This document shows, piece by piece, positions 10,445-19,041 of a stretch of 64,000 bases of DNA (its first letter is position 1; the number at the start of each line of letters is the position of its first letter). Both the position numbers and the translations under genes were made by a program. The notes under the pieces are model-generated. The model did no database searches and was not told where the DNA came from. It saw nothing but the letters and a program-made list of their open reading frames with translations. Source of the stretch: Candidatus Nealsonbacteria bacterium (lineage in GTDB: Bacteria > Patescibacteriota > Minisyncoccia > Minisyncoccales > PWPS01); the NCBI GenBank assembly GCA_003560665.1, contig PWKK01000023.1:186040-250039 (forward strand). The letters run 5' to 3'.

Positions 10445-10473
10445 TTGCATAAAAAAGGATTTTTTGGTACAAT
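10445..10473 (+). promoter_or_regulatory. sigma70-type promoter for rpmF (TTGCAT, 17 nt spacer, TGgTACAAT)
   Basis: TTGCAT 10445-10450, 17-nt spacer, TACAAT 10468-10473 preceded by TGg. Confidence 0.55.
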
Positions 10474-10496
10474 GCAGGGTATTAATTTAATGAAAT

Positions 10497-10763
10497 ATGG
10501 CAGTACCCAAACAAAGAAAAACAAAATCAAGGAGAAATCAACGAAGGATGCACATTCATTTGGACAAGCCATCTTTTGTTGTTTGCCCACAATGCAAAGA
10601 GAAAAAGGTGATGCACACGGTTTGCCGGGAGTGTGGGTATTACAAAGGAAGAGAGGTTGTTGATGTGTTAAAAGAAAAAAAGTCCGGCTCCGAAAAAGAA
10701 ACGGGCAGAGAAAAGAAACCTCTCACAATGGAGGCGATGTCTAAAAAAGAGAAAAAGCAATAG
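10497..10763 (+). CDS. rpmF: 50S ribosomal protein L32 with a charged C-terminal tail
   Basis: [19 protein letters not shown], then zinc-ribbon CPQC..CREC. Confidence 0.9.
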   Translation: MAVPKQRKTKSRRNQRRMHIHLDKPSFVVCPQCKEKKVMHTVCRECGYYKGREVVDVLKEKKSGSEKETGREKKPLTMEAMSKKEKKQ

Positions 10764-10777
10764 TTTTTTATATATTT

Positions 10778-11209
10778 ATGTCTTCTCGTCACCTGGCACG
10801 ATCAATTGCACTTCAGTCGCTTTACGAGTGGGATTTTCAGGAAGAAAAGAAGATTGATTACAAAACTATTGTCGAGAGAAACATAAAGGAGCAGGAAAAA
10901 AAAGTTAAAGGTGCTGAATTTGTTTACAGTTTGGTTGGGGGGGTGATTTCCAACATAGAAGAATTAAACAAGATTATTTCAGCTGCTGCCCCGGAGTGGC
11001 CCCTTGAAAAGATTACAGCAATTGACCGCAATGTTTTGCGAATGGGTCTTTATGAGTTGATTTATGGAGATGAAAAGGAAGTTCCTCCTAAAGTTGCCAT
11101 TAACGAAGCAATTGAACTGGCAAAAAGTTTTGGGGGAAGTAGCTCGGGACGTTTCGTAAATGGTGTTTTGGGAACCGTCTACAAGGAGATAGAAGATAAC
11201 AAAGAGTAG
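10778..11209 (+). CDS. nusB: transcription antitermination factor NusB
   Basis: [41 protein letters not shown] pattern. Confidence 0.88.
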   Translation: MSSRHLARSIALQSLYEWDFQEEKKIDYKTIVERNIKEQEKKVKGAEFVYSLVGGVISNIEELNKIISAAAPEWPLEKITAIDRNVLRMGLYELIYGDEKEVPPKVAINEAIELAKSFGGSSSGRFVNGVLGTVYKEIEDNKE

Positions 11210-11210
11210 C

Positions 11211-11924
11211 ATGGAAGAAAAATTCGGTGAATTGGAAAAAGAGATAGGAGTGGAGTTTGAGAACAAGAATTTAATTATTCAAGCTTTCTGCCACCGCTCT
11301 TATTTAAACGAAAACCCCGATTTTAATCTTGGTCAAAACGAAAGATTAGAATTCTTAGGAGATGCGGTGTTGGAGTTAATTGTCACCAGCTATCTTTATT
11401 TTAACTATCCGGAAAAATCCGAAGGAGAGCTTACTACTTGGAGGGCAGCACTTGTGAACACAAAAGAGATTGGAGATACTGCCGATAAACTCGGTCTCGA
11501 GCGCTTTCTTCTTCTTTCCAAGGGAGAAAAAAGAGAAAAAGGAAGAGCTCGGATGTGTATTCTGGCAAATACCTTTGAGGCGTTAATCGGGGCGATTTAT
11601 TTGGATAGAGGATACGAAATTGCCGCAGATTTTGTTGAAAAAAACCTGATATCAAGACTTCCTCGGATTGTAGAACTAGGATTGTACCGTGATCCGAAAT
11701 CAGAACTTCAGGAAAAAACACAAGAAGATGTCGGCATCACTCCGAACTACGAAGTTTTGCGAGCGGATGGTCCGGACCACCAAAAGCACTTTATTATAGA
11801 AGTTTTCCTTAATGGGGAGTCGATTGGACAGGGAGAAGGGTGGTCAAAGAAAGAAGCAGAAGAAGAAGCGGCAAAAGAAGCGTTGTCAAAAAAAGCATGG
11901 GAAAAGTTGAAGAGTAAACATTAA
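11211..11924 (+). CDS. rnc: ribonuclease III
   Basis: Signature ERLEFLGDAVLE, plus a C-terminal dsRBD (GPDHQKHF..GEGWSKKEAEEEAAKEAL). Confidence 0.92.
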   Translation: MEEKFGELEKEIGVEFENKNLIIQAFCHRSYLNENPDFNLGQNERLEFLGDAVLELIVTSYLYFNYPEKSEGELTTWRAALVNTKEIGDTADKLGLERFLLLSKGEKREKGRARMCILANTFEALIGAIYLDRGYEIAADFVEKNLISRLPRIVELGLYRDPKSELQEKTQEDVGITPNYEVLRADGPDHQKHFIIEVFLNGESIGQGEGWSKKEAEEEAAKEALSKKAWEKLKSKH

Positions 11925-11945
11925 AAAGTTTCGTACCATAAGCAC

Positions 11946-12572
11946 ATGTTAAAAATAAGATTTTTTCGAAAAGGGAGAAAAAAACAACCTTTTTACAAAA
12001 TAGTAGTCACTGATAAAAACAATCCCCCTTCAGGTGGAAGATTTGTTGAAGACGTTGGATTTTATAACCCCCTTACCAAGGAGTGTGAAATCAAGAAAGA
12101 AAGGGTTGCTTACTGGATGGAGAAAGGGGCACAACCAACAGGGGTAGTAAAAAATCTTCTCATCAAAAAAGGAGCAATTAAAGGAAAAAAGGTGAATGTA
12201 GTTTCGATAACAAGAAAAAGAAAAGAAGTAATTGCGGGAAAAGAGGAAAAAAGAGCTTCGGATACGGAAAATGCAGAAGAAATGAAAGAGGTGGTGGAAA
12301 AAACTATTGAGGAAAAAAAGGAAGAGCCTTTAGAAGGCGATATTCCGGCCGAAGAAGTTTCTCCTGAGAAGGGGTCCGAGGAAAAAGCAGAGGAGACAAC
12401 TAAAGAAACTGCTGAAAAAGAGTCTAAAGAAAAACCTAAGGACGATGAAAAAACGAAAGAAGCGGAAGAAGAAAAAAACGTGGAGGAACCTGCAAAAGAA
12501 AATAAAGTGAAAGAGCACGTGACAGATGAGGGAAAAGGAGAAGAGAAATCACCGGAGAAAGAAGAAAAATAG
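11946..12572 (+). CDS. rpsP: 30S ribosomal protein S16 with a roughly 120-aa Glu/Lys-rich C-terminal extension
   Basis: MLKIRFFRKGRKKQPFYKIVVTD..GFYNPL S16 core, then low-complexity EEK repeats. Confidence 0.9.
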   Translation: MLKIRFFRKGRKKQPFYKIVVTDKNNPPSGGRFVEDVGFYNPLTKECEIKKERVAYWMEKGAQPTGVVKNLLIKKGAIKGKKVNVVSITRKRKEVIAGKEEKRASDTENAEEMKEVVEKTIEEKKEEPLEGDIPAEEVSPEKGSEEKAEETTKETAEKESKEKPKDDEKTKEAEEEKNVEEPAKENKVKEHVTDEGKGEEKSPEKEEK

Positions 12573-12711
12573 AATAACAATCTTCCGGCAAAAATTTGAA
12601 GATAAAGATCAGGGTTGACTGAATTTTAGAAAAAAGATAGAATGCCGTTAGTAACTTACCGTAAATCGGTAGGAAAGGTCGAGCTATATTGTACGATAAA
12701 AACACACAATT

Positions 12712-13035
12712 ATGACCAAAGAAACTTCTGACAAGGATTTCTTGGAGTTTATTGTAAAAAACTTGGTAGATAATCCTGACGCAGTAGAAGTCGAAAGAAA
12801 AGTAGACGAAATGGGAGTGCTTCTTGCACTGAAGGTTCATCCTGACGATATGGGACAAATTATCGGAAAGGAAGGATCAACCGCAAGAGCAATCAGGAAC
12901 TTGGTTCGTATTATTGGCCTTAAGCGTAAAGCAAGGGTTAATCTGAAGATTATTGAACCGAGTGGAGGAAGCTATCAGCCAAAGAATGATTCTTCCGAAA
13001 ACAAAAAAGAAGGCTTGGAAGATATCAAACTTTAA
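12712..13035 (+). CDS. KH-domain RNA-binding protein (UPF0109/YlqC-like)
   Basis: VLLALKVHPDDMGQIIGKEGSTARAIRNLV (GxxG KH motif). Conserved position between rpsP and trmD. Confidence 0.8.
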   Translation: MTKETSDKDFLEFIVKNLVDNPDAVEVERKVDEMGVLLALKVHPDDMGQIIGKEGSTARAIRNLVRIIGLKRKARVNLKIIEPSGGSYQPKNDSSENKKEGLEDIKL

Positions 13036-13054
13036 AGGCTTTCATAAATTTCCT

Positions 13055-13090
13055 AAACGGTGCTATTATATTCCAAATAGCACCGTTTTT
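13055..13090 (+). terminator. rho-independent terminator
   Basis: AAACGGTGCTA / TAGCACCGTTT 11-bp stem followed by a T run. Confidence 0.8.
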
Positions 13091-13103
13091 AATTAACAGT
13101 TAT

Positions 13104-13763
13104 ATGCGCTTCGATATTATAACTATCTTTCCTGGAGTATTTAATTCTTATCTCAAAGAAAGCCTAGTAAAAAAAGCTTCTGAGAAGAAGAAGATAGAGG
13201 TGAAGATTCATGATTTACGAAAGTGGGCCGATGATGTACACAAAACAGTGGATGACACTCCCTTTGGTGGAGGAGGAGGAATGGTAATGAAGGCGGAGCC
13301 GATACACAAGGCGGTTTCATCTCTAAAGGGAAAAGGAGATAAAACGAGAGTTGTTTTGTTTACTCCGAGAGGAAGAAGGTTTAACCAAAGGCGAGCAACC
13401 AAACTTACAGAATACAACCAGGTTATTATGATTTGCGGAAGATATGAAGGGGTGGACGAGAGAGTGGCGAAGTATATTGCCGATGAAGAGTTGTCAATTG
13501 GTAGTTACGTACTGATGGGAGGGGAGCTTCCGGCGATGGTTGTTTTGGAAACTGTATCCCGTCTCGTTCCCGGAGTGGTGGGAAAGGAAAGTTTTCTGCA
13601 AGAAAGAAAAAGGGGGGAATGTTTTTTGGAGTGTCCACAGTACACAAGACCGGAGAACATCACCATTAATGGAAAAAAAAGAAGTGTTCCCTCTGTTTTA
13701 CTTTCAGGTGATCACCGAAAGATAGCAGAGTGGAGAGATAAAAAGGGAAAAATTATAAAGTAA
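13104..13763 (+). CDS. trmD: tRNA (guanine37-N1)-methyltransferase
   Basis: MRFDIITIFP..CGRYEGVDERV..SIGSYVLMGGELPAMVV TrmD motifs. Confidence 0.92.
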   Translation: MRFDIITIFPGVFNSYLKESLVKKASEKKKIEVKIHDLRKWADDVHKTVDDTPFGGGGGMVMKAEPIHKAVSSLKGKGDKTRVVLFTPRGRRFNQRRATKLTEYNQVIMICGRYEGVDERVAKYIADEELSIGSYVLMGGELPAMVVLETVSRLVPGVVGKESFLQERKRGECFLECPQYTRPENITINGKKRSVPSVLLSGDHRKIAEWRDKKGKIIK

Positions 13764-13782
13764 ATATTTAAAAGTAATTGAA

Positions 13783-16515
13783 ATGAAAAACTGGCATGCA
13801 CAAAAGACAGAAGAAGTTTTTGAAAATCTTTCTTCCGATCCTGAAGGAATCTCACAAAAAGAGGCCGAGAAAAGGTTGGAGGAGTATGGTGAGAATGAAC
13901 TGAAGGGGAAAAAGGAGGTTCATCCTATCTTTATTTTCTTAAAACAATTTCGAAGCGGACTGGTTTATGTTTTAATTGCCGCTGCGGTCATTTCTGCGGT
14001 TTTCGGAAAGTGGATAGATGTTTATGTTATTCTGGCAGTTATCTTATTAAACTCAGGGTTTGGATTTCTTCAGGAGTATAAAGCGGAGAAGGCGATTCAA
14101 GCACTAAAAAAAATGATCATCCCCGTGGCGAGGGTGTACAGGGAGGGAAACTTTTTGGAGATTTCAGCAAAACACATCGTTCCCGGAGATGTAATTGTCT
14201 TGGATGAAGGAACACGTATTCCGGCAGACGTAAGACTCTTCTACACCAAAAACTTTCGAACGAACGAAGCTTCTCTTACCGGAGAATCGGTTCCGGTAGG
14301 AAAACACACTGAACCGGTAGCAGAAGATATCGATACGGGAGACAAGAAAAACATGGCCTGGATGGGAACTTTTGTTGCCGGAGGAAAAGCGAAAGGAGTA
14401 GCGGTTGCTACCGGAAACGAAACCGCCTTTGGTTCTATTGCCAAAGATATTAGTGAGATTAAAAAAAGAGGAGGTCACTTTGAAGAGAAGGTAGGAAGAT
14501 TGGCCAAACAGATGGCCTTTTTTGCGTTTGGTAGCTCTCTGCTCATTTTTCTTCTTTCTCTCTATACTCAAGGAATAAGATTTCAAGAAGTAGTAGGACT
14601 TTCGGAAAGTTTTCAAGAGTCGGTTCGTTTTACAATTGCCGCTCTTGTTTCCGGAATTCCCGAAGGTTTGCCCGCAATTCTGTCGGTCGTTCTCGCGATA
14701 GGAGCAACGAGAATGGCTAAGCGAAACGCTATTATTAGAAAACTTCCAGCAACCGAAACGCTGGGCGTCACAGATCATATTGTGACCGATAAAACGGGAA
14801 CTCTTACACAGAACACGATGAATGTAAGAAAAATCGTTCTTGCCAGTGGAACGGAAATAGATGTTACAGGAGAAGGGTGGATTCCGGAAGGAAAGTTTAT
14901 TAAAGAAGGAAGAGTGATAACCCCTCTTAACAAACCAAATCTTGAGAAACTTCTTCACATTGCCGGGGTTTGTAATGAGGCGGAGCTTACCAAAAAAGAG
15001 GAAGAAGAAAAGTACGAGATTGTTGGAGATCCAACAGAAGCAGCCTTGGTTGTCCTTGCGCAGAAGGCGGGATTAAACGAGGAGTTGATTCACGAAAAAG
15101 AAAGAAAAATGGATGACATGCCGTTTAGCTCAAAGCTTAAATACAGAGCGTCACTTTCCGTTCTTTTAAATGGAAAGGAGGAGAAACAAATTTACGTTGT
15201 GGGGGCACCTGAAGAGATTATGGAGAGAGTTGGCCATATTCAGGAAAAAGAAGGGGTTAGAGAGACAAAGGAAGACGACAGAAAAATGATAATGGACCGC
15301 GTTGAAAGAATGACTGGAAAAGCGATGAGAACAATCGGAATTGCTTACAAAGAAGTTGCAAAGGAAACGGAGGAGATAGAAAAAGAAATGGTTAATGATT
15401 TAGTGCTAGTTGGTGTAGTTGGAATAGTTGATCCTCCTCGACCGGAAGTAAAAGAGGCGATTGAAAAGGCAAAAGAAGCAGGAATAAGAGTAATTATGAC
15501 TACCGGTGATCACAAGGGGACAGCCTTGGCAATTTCTCGTGAGATAGGTTTGGTAAGCAGAGACGACGAAAGAGCTTTAACACAAAAAGAGCTTTCCGAA
15601 ATGTCCGAAGAAGATTTTGAAGGGGCGATAAGAGAGGTCAATGTTTTTGCACGACTTACCCCTCATATGAAGCTAAAAATTGCTAAAACTCTTCAAGAAA
15701 ATGGAGCCATTGTCGCAATGACTGGTGATGGAGTGAATGATGCTCCGGCGGTAAAGCAGGCGGATATCGGGATAGCAATGGGGATTTCAGGAACGGATGT
15801 AACCAAAGAAGCCGGAGATATTATTTTAGCAGATGACAATTTTTCTTCTATTGTTAATGCAGTAGAGGAGGGGAGGATTGTTTTTCGCAACACAAAACAA
15901 GCCAGTACGACCTTAATAAGCACAAACTTTGCGGAGCATGTAACGATTATCACTTCACTTCTCTTGCTTGGTGGGCAGCTTCCTTTTTTACCCACACAGA
16001 TATTATGGCTTAATCTGATTACTGACGGTTTTTCCGGAGCACCCCTTGCCGCTGAACCGGGACACAGTGATATTTTGAAAGAAAAGCCGAGAAACAAGAA
16101 CGAGGGTATTTTAACAATAGATGTTCTTCCCGTGCTAATTTTAACGGCATTTGTTATGGCAACACTAACACTTTTAGCATTCAATTATTACCAAGAGGTT
16201 AGTATCGAAAAAGCAAGGACTGCTGCATTTAGCGTAATGGCATTTACGCAACTTTTCCGCGCAATTAATATGAGAGATATGAAACGTTCTGTTTTTAAAA
16301 TAGGATTCTTCAAGAACAAGTATCTAATCTTTGCCATTCTGATTGCACTGTTCTTACAAGTAGCGGTGATTAGAATACCGTTTTTCCAAGAAGTTTTTAA
16401 TTTTGAAACCATTAGTTATTTCGAGGTATTTATACTTATGGCTCTTTCTTCTCTGGTATTTTTCTTTGGCGAAGCATACAAGTATCTCCGTTATCATGAG
16501 GTAGGGAAGACTTGA
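13783..16515 (+). CDS. P-type cation-transporting ATPase (P2/Ca2+-ATPase-like)
   Basis: DKTGTLT phosphorylation site, TGES, MTGDGVNDAPA hinge, ten predicted TM segments. Confidence 0.9.
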   Translation: MKNWHAQKTEEVFENLSSDPEGISQKEAEKRLEEYGENELKGKKEVHPIFIFLKQFRSGLVYVLIAAAVISAVFGKWIDVYVILAVILLNSGFGFLQEYKAEKAIQALKKMIIPVARVYREGNFLEISAKHIVPGDVIVLDEGTRIPADVRLFYTKNFRTNEASLTGESVPVGKHTEPVAEDIDTGDKKNMAWMGTFVAGGKAKGVAVATGNETAFGSIAKDISEIKKRGGHFEEKVGRLAKQMAFFAFGSSLLIFLLSLYTQGIRFQEVVGLSESFQESVRFTIAALVSGIPEGLPAILSVVLAIGATRMAKRNAIIRKLPATETLGVTDHIVTDKTGTLTQNTMNVRKIVLASGTEIDVTGEGWIPEGKFIKEGRVITPLNKPNLEKLLHIAGVCNEAELTKKEEEEKYEIVGDPTEAALVVLAQKAGLNEELIHEKERKMDDMPFSSKLKYRASLSVLLNGKEEKQIYVVGAPEEIMERVGHIQEKEGVRETKEDDRKMIMDRVERMTGKAMRTIGIAYKEVAKETEEIEKEMVNDLVLVGVVGIVDPPRPEVKEAIEKAKEAGIRVIMTTGDHKGTALAISREIGLVSRDDERALTQKELSEMSEEDFEGAIREVNVFARLTPHMKLKIAKTLQENGAIVAMTGDGVNDAPAVKQADIGIAMGISGTDVTKEAGDIILADDNFSSIVNAVEEGRIVFRNTKQASTTLISTNFAEHVTIITSLLLLGGQLPFLPTQILWLNLITDGFSGAPLAAEPGHSDILKEKPRNKNEGILTIDVLPVLILTAFVMATLTLLAFNYYQEVSIEKARTAAFSVMAFTQLFRAINMRDMKRSVFKIGFFKNKYLIFAILIALFLQVAVIRIPFFQEVFNFETISYFEVFILMALSSLVFFFGEAYKYLRYHEVGKT

Positions 16516-16540
16516 AAATAATTTGAAGGTTTGTTATAAT
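16512..16540 (+). promoter_or_regulatory. promoter of the glyQS leader (TTGAAA, 17 nt spacer, TGtTATAAT)
   Basis: TTGAAA 16512-16517 (overlaps the ATPase stop codon), TATAAT 16535-16540 with upstream TG. Confidence 0.6.
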
Positions 16541-16546
16541 GTGATC

Positions 16547-16696
16547 AGTCGGTTTGCGGGAGATTGGCACCCCTTTATATTAAGCTGACAGAAAAAAGGT
16601 GGTCTTGATTACAATCAAGGCAAGCTAGATGGAACCGCGGGGAAAGCTCGTTCTAGCAATCAATAAATTTTGGTTGTTAAGACGAGCTTTTTTATT
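16547..16696 (+). promoter_or_regulatory. T-box riboswitch leader, glycine-type
   Basis: T-box core AGAUGGAACCGCG (16627-16639). Antiterminator helix GCUAGA 16624-16629 / UCUAGC 16652-16657 with a UGGA bulge. Competing terminator AAAGCUCGU 16643-16651 / ACGAGCUUU 16682-16690 plus a U run. Stem III hairpin 16602-16621. GGC-A at 16566-16569. Lies directly upstream of glycyl-tRNA synthetase. Confidence 0.85.
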
Positions 16697-16715
16697 AATC
16701 TAAAAATTAAAAAAC

Positions 16716-18116
16716 ATGACAAAAAAATCCGGTCTTGAAAAAATAGTTTCTTTCTGCAAGAGGAGGGGTTTTGTTTTCCCTTCATCAGAGATTTACGGTG
16801 GCTTGGCTGCGATTTACGATTACGGGCATTACGGAACAATTTTAAAAAACAATATTCGTGATGCTTGGTGGAAACACATGGTTCAGTTTCGAGACGACAT
16901 TTACGGATTAGATAGTGCAATTTTTATGCACCCTACAACATGGGTTGCATCCGGACACGTAGAGGGATTTGATGATCCGCAAGTGGATTGTCTGGATTGC
17001 AAGCAGAGGATGCGCGCGGATCACATTCTCGAAGAGTTTGGAGTGGACGCCGATAAGGCAAGCATTGATTTTGTTAACGACGAGCTGAATAAATTAAAAA
17101 AAGACGAAAAGGTGAAGTGTGTAAACTGCGGTTCAAAAAAGCTTACTCCGGCAAGACAGTTTTCGTTGATGATTAAGTCAAATCTCGGTTCTCCGGTAGA
17201 CGTACTTTCCGAAGAGAACGTGATTTATTTAAGACCCGAAACTTGTGGAGGGATATATTTGGAGTATAAAAATGTGATGGATTCTGTTCACCCTAAACTT
17301 CCTTTCGGTATCGCTCAGGTTGGTAAAGCTTTTCGAAACGAGATTGTCGCAAGGCAGTTTGTTTTTCGAACAAGAGAGTTTGAACAGATGGAGATGCAGT
17401 ACTTTTTACATCCCGATAAGATGGATGAAAAGTATGAAATGTGGAAAGATTTACGATGGAAGTGGTATTTAGAGTACGGCATTCCGCAAGAGAAGCTTAA
17501 ATGGTACAAGCACGAGGTTCTTTCTCACTACGCTTCGCAGGCATACGATATAGAGTTTGATTTTGAATGTCTTGGAGGATTTAAAGAGGTTGAGGGAATT
17601 CATACTCGAGGAGATTGGGACCTTTCACAACACTCAAAACACTCCGGAGTTGACTTAATGTATACCGATGAAAAAACCGATGAGAAATTCACTCCCCACA
17701 TCATGGAAACATCGGCGGGGCTAAACAGGGTGTTTCTTATGTTTTTAGATAACGCTCTTACCGAAGAAGAGGTAGAGGGAGAAAAAAGAACAGTACTGAA
17801 AATTGATAAAAGATTGGCACCGATTAAGGTTGCTGTTTTTCCTCTTCTTAAAAACAAAGAGGATCTTACCGGTAAGGCAAGAGAAATATATGATTCATTG
17901 AAGAAGTTGTGGATGTGCGAGTATGATGTATCGGGAAGCATTGGAAAAAGGTATAGAAGACAAGACGAGATAGGAACACCGTATTGTGTTACGGTGGATT
18001 TTGATTCTTTGTCCGACAATTCGGTGACCATAAGAGATAGAGACACGATGAAGCAAGAAAGAGTAAAGGTGGCAGAGTTGAAGAATTATCTCACGGAAAG
18101 ACTGGATGAGAAATAG
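16716..18116 (+). CDS. glyQS: glycyl-tRNA synthetase (single-chain class II type)
   Basis: FVFPSSEIYGGLAAIYDYGHYG, FRNEI..RQFVFRTREFEQME, anticodon-binding C-terminus. Confidence 0.93.
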   Translation: MTKKSGLEKIVSFCKRRGFVFPSSEIYGGLAAIYDYGHYGTILKNNIRDAWWKHMVQFRDDIYGLDSAIFMHPTTWVASGHVEGFDDPQVDCLDCKQRMRADHILEEFGVDADKASIDFVNDELNKLKKDEKVKCVNCGSKKLTPARQFSLMIKSNLGSPVDVLSEENVIYLRPETCGGIYLEYKNVMDSVHPKLPFGIAQVGKAFRNEIVARQFVFRTREFEQMEMQYFLHPDKMDEKYEMWKDLRWKWYLEYGIPQEKLKWYKHEVLSHYASQAYDIEFDFECLGGFKEVEGIHTRGDWDLSQHSKHSGVDLMYTDEKTDEKFTPHIMETSAGLNRVFLMFLDNALTEEEVEGEKRTVLKIDKRLAPIKVAVFPLLKNKEDLTGKAREIYDSLKKLWMCEYDVSGSIGKRYRRQDEIGTPYCVTVDFDSLSDNSVTIRDRDTMKQERVKVAELKNYLTERLDEK

Positions 18117-18167
18117 TTTTTTAATAGTGGAATTTTCTTGATTGTAGTTTTGATTTCTCGTCATGAC

Positions 18168-18196
18168 TTGAAAAGTTGTTTAAATTGTGTTATAAA
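18168..18196 (+). promoter_or_regulatory. promoter cassette A (TTGAAA, 17 nt spacer, TGtTATAAA), followed by an AAAAAGGAGG leader
   Basis: TTGAAA 18168-18173, TATAAA 18191-18196. 43 of 49 nt (18167-18215) are identical to cassette B. Confidence 0.6.
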
Positions 18197-18266
18197 CTAA
18201 ACGACAAAAAGGAGGATTGAACATTAAATAATTGCGTCATTGAATTTGAAAGGAGGAGTTGTAAAA

Positions 18267-18530
18267 ATGCTTTTTCTCTCGCTTGTCTCTTCAACAATTG
18301 GCGTGGGATTGGTTCTGTTCTTGGGTCTTTTTTGGGGAATACTTGGATATAATTCAAAAAAAGAAGCAGCAGTTAAGGCACTAGTTTTGGCAATGGCAAC
18401 CTTTGTGATTTATGCCTTACCATTATTTTTGATCGGGAACAATGGAATTATTGTTCCATTGGTTGTAGCTTTTCTTGTTTTTTTTCTGGTATACACACAA
18501 GCCACCTCCCCATGGCAATGGAAAAAATAA
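18267..18530 (+). CDS. small membrane protein (87 aa, 3 predicted TM segments)
   Basis: ATG 18267 lies 10 nt after AAAGGAGG. Hydrophobic sequence MLFLSLVSSTIGVGLVLFLGLFWG.. The ORF track started it at TTG 18240. Confidence 0.6.
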   Translation: MLFLSLVSSTIGVGLVLFLGLFWGILGYNSKKEAAVKALVLAMATFVIYALPLFLIGNNGIIVPLVVAFLVFFLVYTQATSPWQWKK

Positions 18531-18544
18531 AAAATCTTTGGGCG

Positions 18545-18578
18545 GGCGCTACAAATAAAAGTAGCGTCTTTTCTTTTT
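18545..18578 (+). terminator. rho-independent terminator
   Basis: GGCGCTAC / GTAGCGTC stem with an 8-nt loop, followed by a T-rich run. Confidence 0.7.
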
Positions 18579-18763
18579 AGAGCAAGATTTTATTATTTTT
18601 CGCAGGTAAACGATAGGTAGTGTTTGATGAAGGAAAAAACTGAAAACCGACAAGAGATTATTCTGACTAAGAACGCTGTTTCTTTTTCTTTACAAAAAGA
18701 AGGCAAATGATTTACTGGAAAAATTGCAGACGCGTGAATGCGGCCTAAAATTTTTGTTCTTGC

Positions 18764-18792
18764 TTGAAAAGTTGTTGAAATTGTGCTATAAA
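18764..18792 (+). promoter_or_regulatory. promoter cassette B (TTGAAA, 17 nt spacer, TGcTATAAA), near-duplicate of cassette A
   Basis: TTGAAA 18764-18769, TATAAA 18787-18792, then AAAAAGGAGG at 18802-18811. Confidence 0.6.
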
Positions 18793-18882
18793 ATAAATAA
18801 TAAAAAGGAGGTGACGCACACTAAAAAAATATCACGCTCAATAAAACGTGTTTATATATATTAAGCTTGAGGGGAGGAGAGA

Positions 18883-19029
18883 ATGGTGCGCATATTGTAC
18901 ACGGCGCTTATTGTAGTAGTTTTGGTTTTTGCAACTTATGCCCTGCTTCATATCGGAATAGGGCTAACTAGGGAGCATATTATGAGAAACTTCGAGCCTA
19001 GAATTTTGCACGAAAAAATCTTGGAATAG
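18883..19029 (+). CDS. 48-aa small protein with a hydrophobic N-terminal half and a charged C-terminal half
   Basis: GGAGG 18873-18877 lies 5 nt before ATG. MVRILYTALIVVVLVFATYALLHIGIGLTREHIMRNFEPRILHEKILE. Its TAG stop sits inside the SD of the next gene. Below the ORF-track size cutoff. Confidence 0.5.
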   Translation: MVRILYTALIVVVLVFATYALLHIGIGLTREHIMRNFEPRILHEKILE

Positions 19030-19041
19030 GAGGTGTTAAAA

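Noticed and set aside
10445-10663. 72-aa ORF overlapping rpmF in another frame
   Set aside because: It starts inside the rpmF promoter, and the L32 frame has clear family identity.
12110-12580. Long antisense or alternative-frame ORFs in the track (12110-12580, 12330-12518, 35334-35948, 38302-38643, 29979-30296, and many 60-110-aa ORFs inside dnaE, thrS and valS)
   Set aside because: They lie opposite or out of frame to well-supported genes. They consist of Ser/Phe/Leu-rich low complexity mirroring Glu/Lys/Asp-rich coding repeats, and have no start signals. These are shadow ORFs.
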